This document shows positions 8,983 to 17,050 of a stretch of 61,897 nucleotides of DNA, piece after piece. The stretch is from Fibrobacteria bacterium. GTDB lineage: Bacteria; Fibrobacterota; Fibrobacteria; UBA11236. Where the stretch lies: contig JAJNBB010000010.1 in NCBI GenBank assembly GCA_021155885.1, positions 1 to 61,897 on the forward strand, given 5' to 3'. Position 1 is the first letter of the stretch. Every line of letters begins with the position of its first letter. A program made the position numbers and the translations under genes. A model generated the notes under the pieces. The model was given only the letters and a program-made list of their open reading frames with translations. It had not been told where the DNA came from and ran no database searches.

Positions 8983-9803
8983 ACCCTGCTCCGGTGTTGG
9001 CGCGCGGAGAGCGCCTCGGCATGCGCCTCGGGGAACGGCGGGATGTTCTCGTCCCACTCGAGCAAGGTGGGAAAGCCCCCGCCGGATCGCCGCCAGGCGC
9101 GGCGATAGAGTTCCCACACCGCGTCGCACACGGGGGCGTCATGGGTATCCAGCAAGGTTCCGTCGGGATTCCGGTGATGGCCCGCGAGATGGCATTGCAG
9201 CACCCGGTCCCACCGGATCGAATCCACGTAAGCTTCGGCATCGAAAAGGTGATTGACCGAGGACACGTAGATGTTGTTGAGGTCGAGCATGTAATGGCAA
9301 CCCGACAACTCGAGGACGCGGTTGTTGAACTCCCACTCCGTCATTTCGGAACTGGCGAAGGCGACGTAACTGGAAAGGTTTTCGAGGCCGAAGGGCCGCC
9401 CGATGAAATCCTGCACGCGCGCCGCCCGCTCGGCGACGTAGCGGGCGTTCTCCTCGGTGTAGGGAAACGGCAGCAAGTCGTGGTGCTGCACGTCGTGGGC
9501 CGTCGTCCAGCAAAAGTGGTCGGTGAAGTACGGCGCGTCCGTGAAATCCGCCAGCTCCTTCAGGCGGCGCAGGTAGGCCTCATCCAGCGGCGCGGCGGAG
9601 GCGATCCCCAGCGAAACTCCGTGGAGCACGACGGGATAGCGCGAGAGCACCTTCTCGAGGTTTCGTTTCGGCAGCGGGGCGTCGCCCATGAAGTTCTCCG
9701 AAATGATCTCGAAGAAATCCACCTTGGGCCACGCCTCGAAGAGGTGGCGGTAATACGGGATGCGCAGCCCCAGCCCGATGGCTTCTCGCGAAATCGTTTT
9801 CAT
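8979..9803 (-). CDS. bufB: DUF692 / MNIO (multinuclear non-heme iron oxidative) RiPP maturase
   Basis: Full-length DUF692 pattern: GLGLRIPYY...FFEIISENFM...VLHGVSLGI...FTDHFCW...LENLSSY...MLDLNNIYVS...HLAGH...DTHD...TLLEWD. Confidence 0.9.
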   Translation of the reverse strand: MKTISREAIGLGLRIPYYRHLFEAWPKVDFFEIISENFMGDAPLPKRNLEKVLSRYPVVLHGVSLGIASAAPLDEAYLRRLKELADFTDAPYFTDHFCWTTAHDVQHHDLLPFPYTEENARYVAERAARVQDFIGRPFGLENLSSYVAFASSEMTEWEFNNRVLELSGCHYMLDLNNIYVSSVNHLFDAEAYVDSIRWDRVLQCHLAGHHRNPDGTLLDTHDAPVCDAVWELYRRAWRRSGGGFPTLLEWDENIPPFPEAHAEALSARQHRSRV

Positions 9804-9864
9804 GGGTATCCGGGTCGTTCCTCAAAAGCGTTCCGGGCGGTCATGCGCCCGGAACGCCGAAGGA

Positions 9865-10242
9865 TCAATGGCCCTTGCAGCCTCCCAGCCCCTTGCACTC
9901 GTTCTGGCCCTTGCAGCCATGGGCTTCCCCGGCTTTGTCGGCCGCGATGCCGTTTTTCTTGGCGGCTTTCTTGAGATCCTTCTTCGACATGGCGCATCCG
10001 CCCTGGCCCTTGCAGGCGTTCAGGCCCTTGCATTCATGTCCCGCCTTGACCGTATCGGCGGAAGCCGAGCCGCAGCCGCCCTTGCCCTTGCACGAGCTCT
10101 TGCCCTTGCAGCCGCTTTTTTCCTTGACGGTGTCGGGGGCCGCCGGGGAGGCGTGCACGGTGGCGGTGGAGACGAGGCCCGCGGCGATGCCGGCGATGGC
10201 CAATCGGCTAAAAAACGGGGTGAGAAGAGTGGAATTTTTCAT
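9865..10242 (-). CDS. bufA: Signal-peptide-bearing Cys-rich RiPP precursor (bufferin/HvfA-like), 9 Cys in three C-x5-C-x5-C modules
   Basis: Start at MKNSTLL. Signal peptide ends VHA|SP. Modules are GCKGKSSCKGKGGCG, ECKGLNACKGQGGCA and GCKGQNECKGLGGCKGH. Lies immediately upstream of DUF692. Confidence 0.8.
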   Translation of the reverse strand: MKNSTLLTPFFSRLAIAGIAAGLVSTATVHASPAAPDTVKEKSGCKGKSSCKGKGGCGSASADTVKAGHECKGLNACKGQGGCAMSKKDLKKAAKKNGIAADKAGEAHGCKGQNECKGLGGCKGH

Positions 10243-10338
10243 ATACGTCCCTTTTTGAATTTTGAAGGTAGGTTTCCAGGTTTCCAAGGCGGCCGAACCA
10301 GGCCGCCCTCTACTTAAGTCGCGGCGAAAACGAAAGCG

Positions 10339-10797
10339 TTACGCCCTCCCCCGTTTTTTTATCAGCAGCCTGTCCAGCGAAAGGCTCCCCGCGCCCGCGA
10401 TCACCAGCCAGAGCAGCAGGAGGAGATAGAGGAACTCGGAAAATCCCGCCAGATCCGAAAATCCCCGCAGCTCTTCCCTCCGGGCCGTCAGAATGGCCAC
10501 GATCATGATGACGGACAGGGGAAGGGCGGCCAGGCGGGTGAAAAGACCGGCCAGCACGAGGATCCCGAAGGCGAACTCGCTGGTGGCGACCAGATGCGCC
10601 TGAAAGGCGGGAGCGGGCAGACCGAGGGCCGTGAAAAAGCCGATCACCTTGTCGATATGCTGCAATTTTCCCCAGCCCGCTTCGATGAAAACCACGCCCA
10701 AGGTGACCCGCGCCGCCAGCGGCGGCAGCCAGTCCAGGGTTTTCAAAAATTCCCTCAGTTGATCGAAGCGATTGCGGAAAAGAAAAAGCGTGTTCAT
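10339..10797 (-). CDS. DoxX family membrane protein
   Basis: 152 aa with 4 TM segments and the DoxX-type N-terminal motif ARVTLGVVFIEAGWGKL. Confidence 0.85.
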   Translation of the reverse strand: MNTLFLFRNRFDQLREFLKTLDWLPPLAARVTLGVVFIEAGWGKLQHIDKVIGFFTALGLPAPAFQAHLVATSEFAFGILVLAGLFTRLAALPLSVIMIVAILTARREELRGFSDLAGFSEFLYLLLLLWLVIAGAGSLSLDRLLIKKRGRA

Positions 10798-10893
10798 GAA
10801 GACTCCTGGCTGCGGGTCCGGCGAAGGCCCCGGGGGTGAAACGATAGCGGCCCTCCCGGCCGTCCGCGGTAAGTCCCCCGCCGGCTCCCGACG

Positions 10894-11208
10894 TTACGGC
10901 AAATCGGGCCCCTCGCGTTTGCCCTTCCCGGAATCTCCGGAATCCTTCGGGAGGACGCCCTCCCTTTCGAGGAAACGCAGGGTCCGGTCGAGCATCTCGG
11001 CCGGGGGCGGGGTTTCCTCGCGGAAAGCCGCCGGATTCGCCGCCATCCGGTATAACCGCACGAAACCCCGGCAGTCCTTGCAGCCCATCAAATGCACCCG
11101 AAAGCGGAGCCGGACGATCCCGGGCAGGCCGCCTTCCAGGTAATCGTAAACGAATTCCCGGATCTGCCCGCACGGATACGCGAGGGTATAAAAAATCGAA
11201 TCGGTCAT
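10894..11208 (-). CDS. Zinc-finger (zf-HC2, HxxxCxxC) anti-sigma factor, cytoplasmic
   Basis: C13...H39LMGC43KDC46 motif and no TM segment. ATGA overlap with the upstream ECF sigma gene. Confidence 0.75.
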   Translation of the reverse strand: MTDSIFYTLAYPCGQIREFVYDYLEGGLPGIVRLRFRVHLMGCKDCRGFVRLYRMAANPAAFREETPPPAEMLDRTLRFLEREGVLPKDSGDSGKGKREGPDLP

Positions 11209-11855
11209 GCCGCTCCCTTCCGATTAGTCGGTCCGGCGGCCATTTTGTTTCGGACCCATTCCACGATTTGTTTTCGGGTCCGGTGCAAAAGCACCCGGAC
11301 GTTCTCGGGGGAAATCCCCAGCATCGCCGCCACCTCTTCCCCGGAAAATCCCTCCACGTCGCGCAGGCGGTAGACCTCGCTTCCCGGCGGGACCAACAGC
11401 CGGATCGCCTCGGCGATCAGGATCTCGGCCGCGCTCTTCGCGAGAACGCGATCCGCCGAGGCCTCCCAGGGCGTCAGCGCGCTCCAGGAATCCGCGCGCG
11501 CCTCCGGATCCGCGGCGCTTTCCTCCGGTTCGAGGGCTTCTTCCCTCCGCCGGGTTTTCACGGCGATTTGATCGCAAATCTTGTGGTAGGCCAGGCTATA
11601 GATCCAGGTGGTCAGCTTCGACCCTCCCTGAAATCCGGCCAGCCCCTTATGGACGGCCAGGTAGGTCTCCTGCAGCACCTCCTGGCACTCCTCCCGGGAA
11701 GAAAAGTGCCGCCGGGCGAAGGCGAACAGGGAATCATGCGTGAGGCGGACCAGGCGGTCGAACATCCGGGATTTCATTTCCGCGTCCAGAAGCGCCGCCA
11801 AGAACTCCGGCGCGTTCAATTCCGCGAAAGCGTCCCGTCCTTGCCGTCCCTGCAT
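11205..11855 (-). CDS. ECF-type RNA polymerase sigma-70 factor
   Basis: Region 2 (QEVLQETYLAVHKGL...TWIYSLAYHKICD) and region 4 (YRLRDVEGFSGEEVAAMLGISPENVRVLLHRTRK). An alternative start at M27 is possible. Confidence 0.85.
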   Translation of the reverse strand: MQGRQGRDAFAELNAPEFLAALLDAEMKSRMFDRLVRLTHDSLFAFARRHFSSREECQEVLQETYLAVHKGLAGFQGGSKLTTWIYSLAYHKICDQIAVKTRRREEALEPEESAADPEARADSWSALTPWEASADRVLAKSAAEILIAEAIRLLVPPGSEVYRLRDVEGFSGEEVAAMLGISPENVRVLLHRTRKQIVEWVRNKMAAGPTNRKGAA

Positions 11856-11878
11856 GGCGGGAAGATAACTCGGCCCAT

Positions 11879-11905
11879 AAAAAAAGCGACTCCCCGGGAG
11901 TCGCC
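11879..11905 (-). terminator. Rho-independent terminator of ssrA
   Basis: Minus strand GGCGACTCCC-GGGGAGTCGC hairpin followed by a T-run, 13 nt after the tmRNA CCA end. Confidence 0.7.
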
Positions 11906-11917
11906 TTCTTTCATCCG

Positions 11918-12287
11918 TGGTGGAGGCGGCGGGAATCGAACCCGCGTCCGAAATGAACTTACCGATCGCTCCTACATGCTTTTCCCTTGATTTGATCTCG
12001 TCTCCGGAGTCGCCCTAAGGATCGGCTCCCCCGAAGACCAGCCCGCTGATCTCGACCCCGCATCGCAGGCGGCCTGCGGGATCCAGCCTCAGAGGTATGC
12101 CAGATCCCGCGGCGCTGAGACGCCATCCGCGAGACCCGTGGCGCCTAGTGTTTAGTTAGGCAGCCAATGCGTAAGAATTGGATTCTTCAGCATTTGTGTT
12201 TTCCCTAGAGTGATTAACGAGGCCAACTAGAGATCCTCGGCATGCGACTTTCGACTCGCCCGATCCCGTCGAAACCTTTACGCCCCC
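11918..12287 (-). ncRNA. ssrA: tmRNA (SsrA); predicted tag AEESNSYALAA
   Basis: 5' end GGGGGCGTAAAGGTTTCGACGGGA and 3' end GGACGCGGGTTCGATTCCCGCCGCCTCCACCA, with a G3:U pair in the acceptor stem. Internal reading frame GCT GAA GAA TCC AAT TCT TAC GCA TTG GCT GCC TAA. Confidence 0.9.
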
Positions 12288-12435
12288 GGAATCACGAACC
12301 ATCGAACCTTAAAGTTACAAAATTCGGGACTTCCTGGCATTCTTCATATTTTCATCTTTCCGCTTTCCGCTTTCCTTTTTGAGGCCTGTGTCGAGGACGT
12401 TCGGCCCGCCCGGCCGTCTGCGCTTTTTCTCCGTT

Positions 12436-12489
12436 TTCTAAACCTGGATTTATCCCTAGGCTCCCTTCTAAACCTCGGTTAATTCCAGG
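12436..12489. repeat. Two ~25-nt imperfect direct repeats (TTCTAAACCTsGrTTwATyCC(T)AGG) spaced 30 bp
   Basis: Copies at 12436-12460 and 12466-12489, in the ssrA / OMP intergenic region. Confidence 0.3.
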
Positions 12490-12556
12490 ATTCTCCTGCC
12501 TCCCTAACTTCGAAGCAAAGCCGCCGTTCCGGCAGGCTTCGAATCCAGGAGGCTCC

Positions 12557-13288
12557 ATGAAATACGCACGCTTGATTCTCGGCCTGGCCGCTTTCGCGGC
12601 CGTCGCGACCTCGGTATCGCACGCGCAGGAAACCCCCGCCGATTCCCTCGTCGCCTCGCCCTTCCCCGCCGCGAACGCCTCCCTCAGTTTGGATCAAAAA
12701 ATCGACCGCCTGGGCGAAGACGTCACCGAGATCAAAAAAGACGTCAAAACGATTCGCAGGGAACTGGTGGAAAGCCCCCTGGGAAACCGGGCCTGGGGCA
12801 TCGAGATCAACCCGCTCAGCGTGCTCTTCGCGAGCGAGGGAGCCGGCCTGGCGGGCACGGTGTCCAACTTTTCGTGGAGCCGCTCCGCCGAAGTCGCCTT
12901 CCCCGTATACTACAGCATGGGAAACAGCGACGACCGCACCTCCGTTTTTCAGGTGGACGCGCAATACCGCCGCTTCCTGGGGGAGGCGCAGCGGGGCTTT
13001 TACCTGAGCGGCTTTACGCGTTTTCAGCATGCCCGTTACGAATCCTATGACTATTCGGTTTTCTACGAAGAGGATTCGGAAATGCGGACGATCAACCGCC
13101 TGGGAATCGGGTTCGGCCTGGGGGGACGCATTTTCTCGCGACCCGGGTTTTATTGGGGCTGGAACCTTTCGTTCGGGCGGTTCCTGTTGGGGGACAAAAT
13201 CGGGGAAGATGAGATGCCCTCGGGCCCCTACCTTTTGGGAGACCTCATCATCGACGCGGAGCTCCTGAAAATCGGGTTCGCGTTCTGA
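12557..13288 (+). CDS. Putative outer-membrane beta-barrel protein
   Basis: Signal peptide (AVATSVSHA|QE), alternating beta-strand pattern and a C-terminal ...LLKIGFAF. Confidence 0.6.
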   Translation: MKYARLILGLAAFAAVATSVSHAQETPADSLVASPFPAANASLSLDQKIDRLGEDVTEIKKDVKTIRRELVESPLGNRAWGIEINPLSVLFASEGAGLAGTVSNFSWSRSAEVAFPVYYSMGNSDDRTSVFQVDAQYRRFLGEAQRGFYLSGFTRFQHARYESYDYSVFYEEDSEMRTINRLGIGFGLGGRIFSRPGFYWGWNLSFGRFLLGDKIGEDEMPSGPYLLGDLIIDAELLKIGFAF

Positions 13289-13392
13289 ATCGACCGGGGC
13301 GCCGCGGGGGATTTTCGGGATCGCGACTGGACTTTCGCGCGATCTCCCTGTATTGTCTTAACGGCTATCACCCCCAACGAACGGAGCCTCCC

Positions 13393-13899
13393 ATGCCGAA
13401 GACCCCCGATGCCATTACCCTGCTGAAGGCCGACCACGAAAAAGTCGCCGGGCTTTTCGAGAAATTCGAGCACGCCAAATCGGATGCCAGGAAAAAAGAA
13501 CTGGCGATGAAAATCTGCCTGGAACTCATCATCCATACCAAGATCGAAGAGGACATTTTCTACCCCGCCTGCAAGGACCACATCGAGGACGACCTGTGGC
13601 ATGAAGCCTGGGTCGAGCACGACGGCGCCAAGGTGCTGATCGCCGAAATCCGCCGGGACCACCACGGGGACACCTTCTATGACGCCAAGGTCAAGGTCCT
13701 CGCCGAAATGATCAAGCACCATGTCAAGGAAGAAGAGGAGCGCGGGGGCATGTTCGCCCAGGCCCGGAAATCGGGCGTGGACATGGAGGCGCTGGGAAAA
13801 CGCCTGGCCAACGAAAAGAAAGTCCTCATGGCCAAGTACAAAAAGGAAGGCACTCCCCTGCCGGCCACGCCCAGCTTCACGGGAACGCGGCTGGCCTGA
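13393..13899 (+). CDS. Hemerythrin (HHE cation-binding) domain protein
   Basis: LLKADHEKV...HTKIEEDIFYPA...VEHDGAKVLI...IKHHVKEEE pattern. Confidence 0.8.
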   Translation: MPKTPDAITLLKADHEKVAGLFEKFEHAKSDARKKELAMKICLELIIHTKIEEDIFYPACKDHIEDDLWHEAWVEHDGAKVLIAEIRRDHHGDTFYDAKVKVLAEMIKHHVKEEEERGGMFAQARKSGVDMEALGKRLANEKKVLMAKYKKEGTPLPATPSFTGTRLA

Positions 13900-14062
13900 C
13901 CGGGGGGCCCGGCACGGGCCACCTTCCAGCCGGCGCGGCCCCCCGCTTGAAATAAGCGTTTCAACATTCATTTGCGCATAACGTAACGAGCCTTGTAACA
14001 CAAAGGCGCCGGGTTTCGCTTACATTTTTTACGGTCTGCGTTTTTTCTTTACAAAGGAATGC

Positions 14063-14780
14063 ATGAAGCGTTATTGCGCATTTTTCTGCCTTGCTTTCGC
14101 GTGCGCGGCGACGGCCAGGGATCCCAACCAGCCCGTCAGCCGGGGCTCCGCCGAGTTCAGCGCGGGCGCGAGCTACGCACGTTTGACGGGAGGGTTCGAC
14201 GGCGACGGGAAGGCCCGCCGCCCTCGGCACTCCCCTGCGCATCCGCTGGGGCCTCGGCAACGGCTTCGAGCTGCGGACCGACTGGAGCTATGTCGCCACC
14301 AACGAGGATTATGGTAGCCGCGAAGGGTTCAGCCAGCCCATTGTCGGCCTCCGTTACTATCTCGGCAAATACACGGGGGTGTTCACCTTCGTGACCTTGC
14401 CGTTCGCCACCGGAGACCTGGACAACGGGGACCTGCATACCTTGGTGGAGATCGGCGGTTCGCTGCGCATGCGCAGCGAAAAATTCCGGGTGATCGGGTT
14501 GGCCAGCTACATCGACGATTTCGACGAAAGCGAAATCCTTCGCCTGTATGCCCGCCCGGAAATCCTGTGGACGAAGGGCTTCAGCAACTTCCTCACCGGG
14601 GAACTTCTCTATGGCCTCGGCCAGGGCGCCTGGCTGGCAAGCGTGGGCCCCGGCGCGCGGGCGGACTTTACCGAATCCGTGGCGGCGGAGCTGACGACGC
14701 CGTTTTCGGTCGCCGGGCGCAACTCCCCCATCGCCGGCTGGTCGGTGAGCCTGCGCGGGATCTGGAACCTGAAGTACTAG
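14063..14780 (+). pseudogene. Outer-membrane beta-barrel protein gene split by a +1 frameshift near 14205-14225
   Basis: ORF 14063..14317 supplies only a signal peptide plus ~30 aa. The frame of ORF 14379..14780 is open upstream to 14187 without a start and ends ...SLRGIWNLKY. Confidence 0.6.
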
Positions 14781-14812
14781 CCAGCGCCGCCGGCGGGAAA
14801 TACCTTAACGCC

Positions 14813-15352
14813 ATGGAAAAATCTCAAGAGCTGCTCAAGACGCTGAAAGCCCGTTTCGAAAAGAACAAGGCCCGCCACAAGGGGTTCGATTGGGAAAAGG
14901 TGCGGGCCCGGCTGGAGGCCCATCCCAAAAAGCTGAAGGCGCTCCAGGTGATGGAGGACAGCGGCGGCGAGCCTGACGTCGTGGGGCACGACAAAAAAAC
15001 CGGGGAGTTCGTTTTCTTCGATTGTTCCGCCGAAAGCCCCAAGGGCCGCCGCAGCGTGTGCTACGACCGCGCGGCGCTGAACGCGCGCAAGGAGCATAAG
15101 CCCAAGGACAGCGCCCTGGACATGGCCGCCGCGATGGGCATCGAGATCCTTACCGAGGAGCAAACCCGGGATCTGCAAAAACTCGGGGAGTTCGACCTGA
15201 AGACCTCGAGCTGGATCGCGACCCCTCCGGCGATCCGCAAGCTCGGGGGCGCCCTCTTCATGGACCGCCGCTACGACACCGTCTTCCTCTACCACAACGG
15301 CGCCGAATCGTACTATGGGGCCCGTGGATTCCGGGGATCCTTGCGGGTATAA
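14813..15352 (+). CDS. DUF4256 domain protein
   Basis: MEKSQELLKTLKARFEKN...LQVMEDSGGEPDVVGHD...FFDCSAESPKGRRSVCYD pattern. Start at ATG 14813. Confidence 0.75.
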   Translation: MEKSQELLKTLKARFEKNKARHKGFDWEKVRARLEAHPKKLKALQVMEDSGGEPDVVGHDKKTGEFVFFDCSAESPKGRRSVCYDRAALNARKEHKPKDSALDMAAAMGIEILTEEQTRDLQKLGEFDLKTSSWIATPPAIRKLGGALFMDRRYDTVFLYHNGAESYYGARGFRGSLRV

Positions 15353-15420
15353 TCCGGGCGGTAGGGTTTCGCCCTATACGCATTTGGGAGGACATTAGGG
15401 ATACTGTCTCTCCTGAAGCT

Positions 15421-16272
15421 ATGTTGACTCCTCATGCAGAATACCTCCCAATGAGGGCCCCCGCCCGCGTCCCGCTTCGCGAGATCGCGGCGCTGAAGAA
15501 AAAGCTGGAAAAGGAAACCGCGCGGCGCGAAGAAGCCGAAGCGGCCCTCAAGGCCAGCAAACGCCATTATGACGACCTCCTGGCGCTCGCCCAACTGGCC
15601 CGCGAACAGAAACGCCTGCTCGCCCACCAGGTCCTTTTGGCCCAAGAAGAGGAGCGCCGCCAGATCAGCCGCACCCTCCACGACGAAATCAGCCAGATTC
15701 TGACCGGCATCAACGTCCGGCTCGTGACGCTTTCGAAGGCGAACTGGTCCGACGCCCCGATGTTCCAGAAGAAAATCTCCGCCACGCGGCGCATGGTCGA
15801 AAACTCGGTCAAGATCGTGCACCGCTTCGCCCGCGAACTCCGTCCGGTGCTGCTGGACGAACTGGGGCTCATCCCGGCGCTGCATACCTTCATGAAGACG
15901 CTGACCCGGCAGACGGGGCTGCACATCCAGTTCACCGCCTTCGCGGAAGTCGAGAAACTGGGCAACGACAAGCGCACGGCCCTGTTCCGGGTAGTGCAGT
16001 CGGCCCTCAACAACGTCGCCCGTCACGCCCAGGCCACGCAGGTCCTCGTGAAGATCGAGAAACGTCCCCAAGGACTCGACCTGGTCGTCCACGACAACGG
16101 CAAGTCCTTCCAGGTGGAGCGCGTGCTGCTCTCCAAGCGCTTCAAGCGCCTCGGCCTGCTCAGCATGCGCGAGCGCGTCGAGATGTTCGGGGGCAGCCTG
16201 GAAGTCGAATCGGCTCCCGGAAAAGGCACCCTCGTGCACGCCACCCTTCCTTTCGATAAAACCAAGGATTAA
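15421..16272 (+). CDS. Cytoplasmic HisKA_3-type histidine kinase (coiled coil + DHp + HATPase)
   Basis: H-box ISRTLHDEISQIL and an ATPase domain ending APGKGTLVHATLP. No TM or sensor domain. Confidence 0.8.
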   Translation: MLTPHAEYLPMRAPARVPLREIAALKKKLEKETARREEAEAALKASKRHYDDLLALAQLAREQKRLLAHQVLLAQEEERRQISRTLHDEISQILTGINVRLVTLSKANWSDAPMFQKKISATRRMVENSVKIVHRFARELRPVLLDELGLIPALHTFMKTLTRQTGLHIQFTAFAEVEKLGNDKRTALFRVVQSALNNVARHAQATQVLVKIEKRPQGLDLVVHDNGKSFQVERVLLSKRFKRLGLLSMRERVEMFGGSLEVESAPGKGTLVHATLPFDKTKD

Positions 16273-16273
16273 C

Positions 16274-16990
16274 ATGTCCAAGCCCTCCGTCGCTCCAGCG
16301 CTTCCCACCTTCCGAAGGGCCATCCAGGTGATGATCGCCGAAGACCACATGGTCGTGCGGCAGGGCCTCAAGGCCCTGCTCGAGAGCGAAGGCGACATCA
16401 AGGTCGTGGGCGAGGCCGAGAACGGGCGGTTGGCCGTGGAATTGGCGCACAAGCTGCGTCCCGAGGTCATCATCATGGACATCGCCATGCCGCAGCTGAA
16501 CGGCCTGGAAGCCACCCGGCAAATCCTCAAGGCATATCCCCAGACCCGCATCATTTTGCTCTCGGCTTACAAGGACGATGCCTACATCGAGAAGGCGACC
16601 GCGCTGGGCGCGGTGGGTTACCTGATCAAACAGACCTCGCTCGACGCCCTCGCCAAGGTCATCCGCGAAGTCCACCGGGGACGCGTGTTCTTCAGCCCCG
16701 AAGTGGCCAAGCACCTCGTGCACCCGGGGCAGCGCCTTCCCATCCGCGAGGATTTGATCAAGAAAAAGGTGGCGCACCTGACCTCCCGCGAGGCGGAAGT
16801 GCTTCAGCTGATCGCCGAAGGGCAGTCCAACAAGCAGGCCGGGGGATCCCTGGGCATCAGCATCAAGACGGTGGAAAAACACCGGCAGCATCTCATGGAG
16901 AAGCTGGCCATCCACGATACCGCGGGCCTGACGCGCTACGCCATCTCCGCCGGCATCATCGAAAGCAGCGTGCAGCTCACCATCGTGTAA
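16274..16990 (+). CDS. NarL/LuxR family response regulator
   Basis: Receiver domain (VMIAEDH...IIMDIAMPQLNG) plus LuxR HTH (LTSREAEVLQLIAEGQSNKQ). Starts 1 nt after the kinase stop. Confidence 0.9.
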   Translation: MSKPSVAPALPTFRRAIQVMIAEDHMVVRQGLKALLESEGDIKVVGEAENGRLAVELAHKLRPEVIIMDIAMPQLNGLEATRQILKAYPQTRIILLSAYKDDAYIEKATALGAVGYLIKQTSLDALAKVIREVHRGRVFFSPEVAKHLVHPGQRLPIREDLIKKKVAHLTSREAEVLQLIAEGQSNKQAGGSLGISIKTVEKHRQHLMEKLAIHDTAGLTRYAISAGIIESSVQLTIV

Positions 16991-17018
16991 AGGGAAGTCC
17001 CGCTCCCCCCCGGCATGC

Positions 17019-17050
17019 GCCCCGCGGATTTCCTCCGCGGGGCTTTTTTT
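17019..17050 (+). terminator. Rho-independent terminator
   Basis: GCCCCGCGGA-TTTCC-TCCGCGGGGC hairpin followed by T7. Confidence 0.75.

Noticed and set aside
8146-9974. Long ORFs 8307..9974 (+, 555 aa) and 8146..9129 (-, 327 aa) over the MNIO locus.
   Set aside because: Both are GC-frame artefacts overlapping DUF692 and DUF2063. Only the first ~40 codons downstream of ATG 8982 in the 8146..9129 frame look genuine (the DUF2063 N-terminus).
12354-12375. Short tandem CTTTCCG x ~2.5.
   Set aside because: It is too short to carry meaning and has no associated feature.
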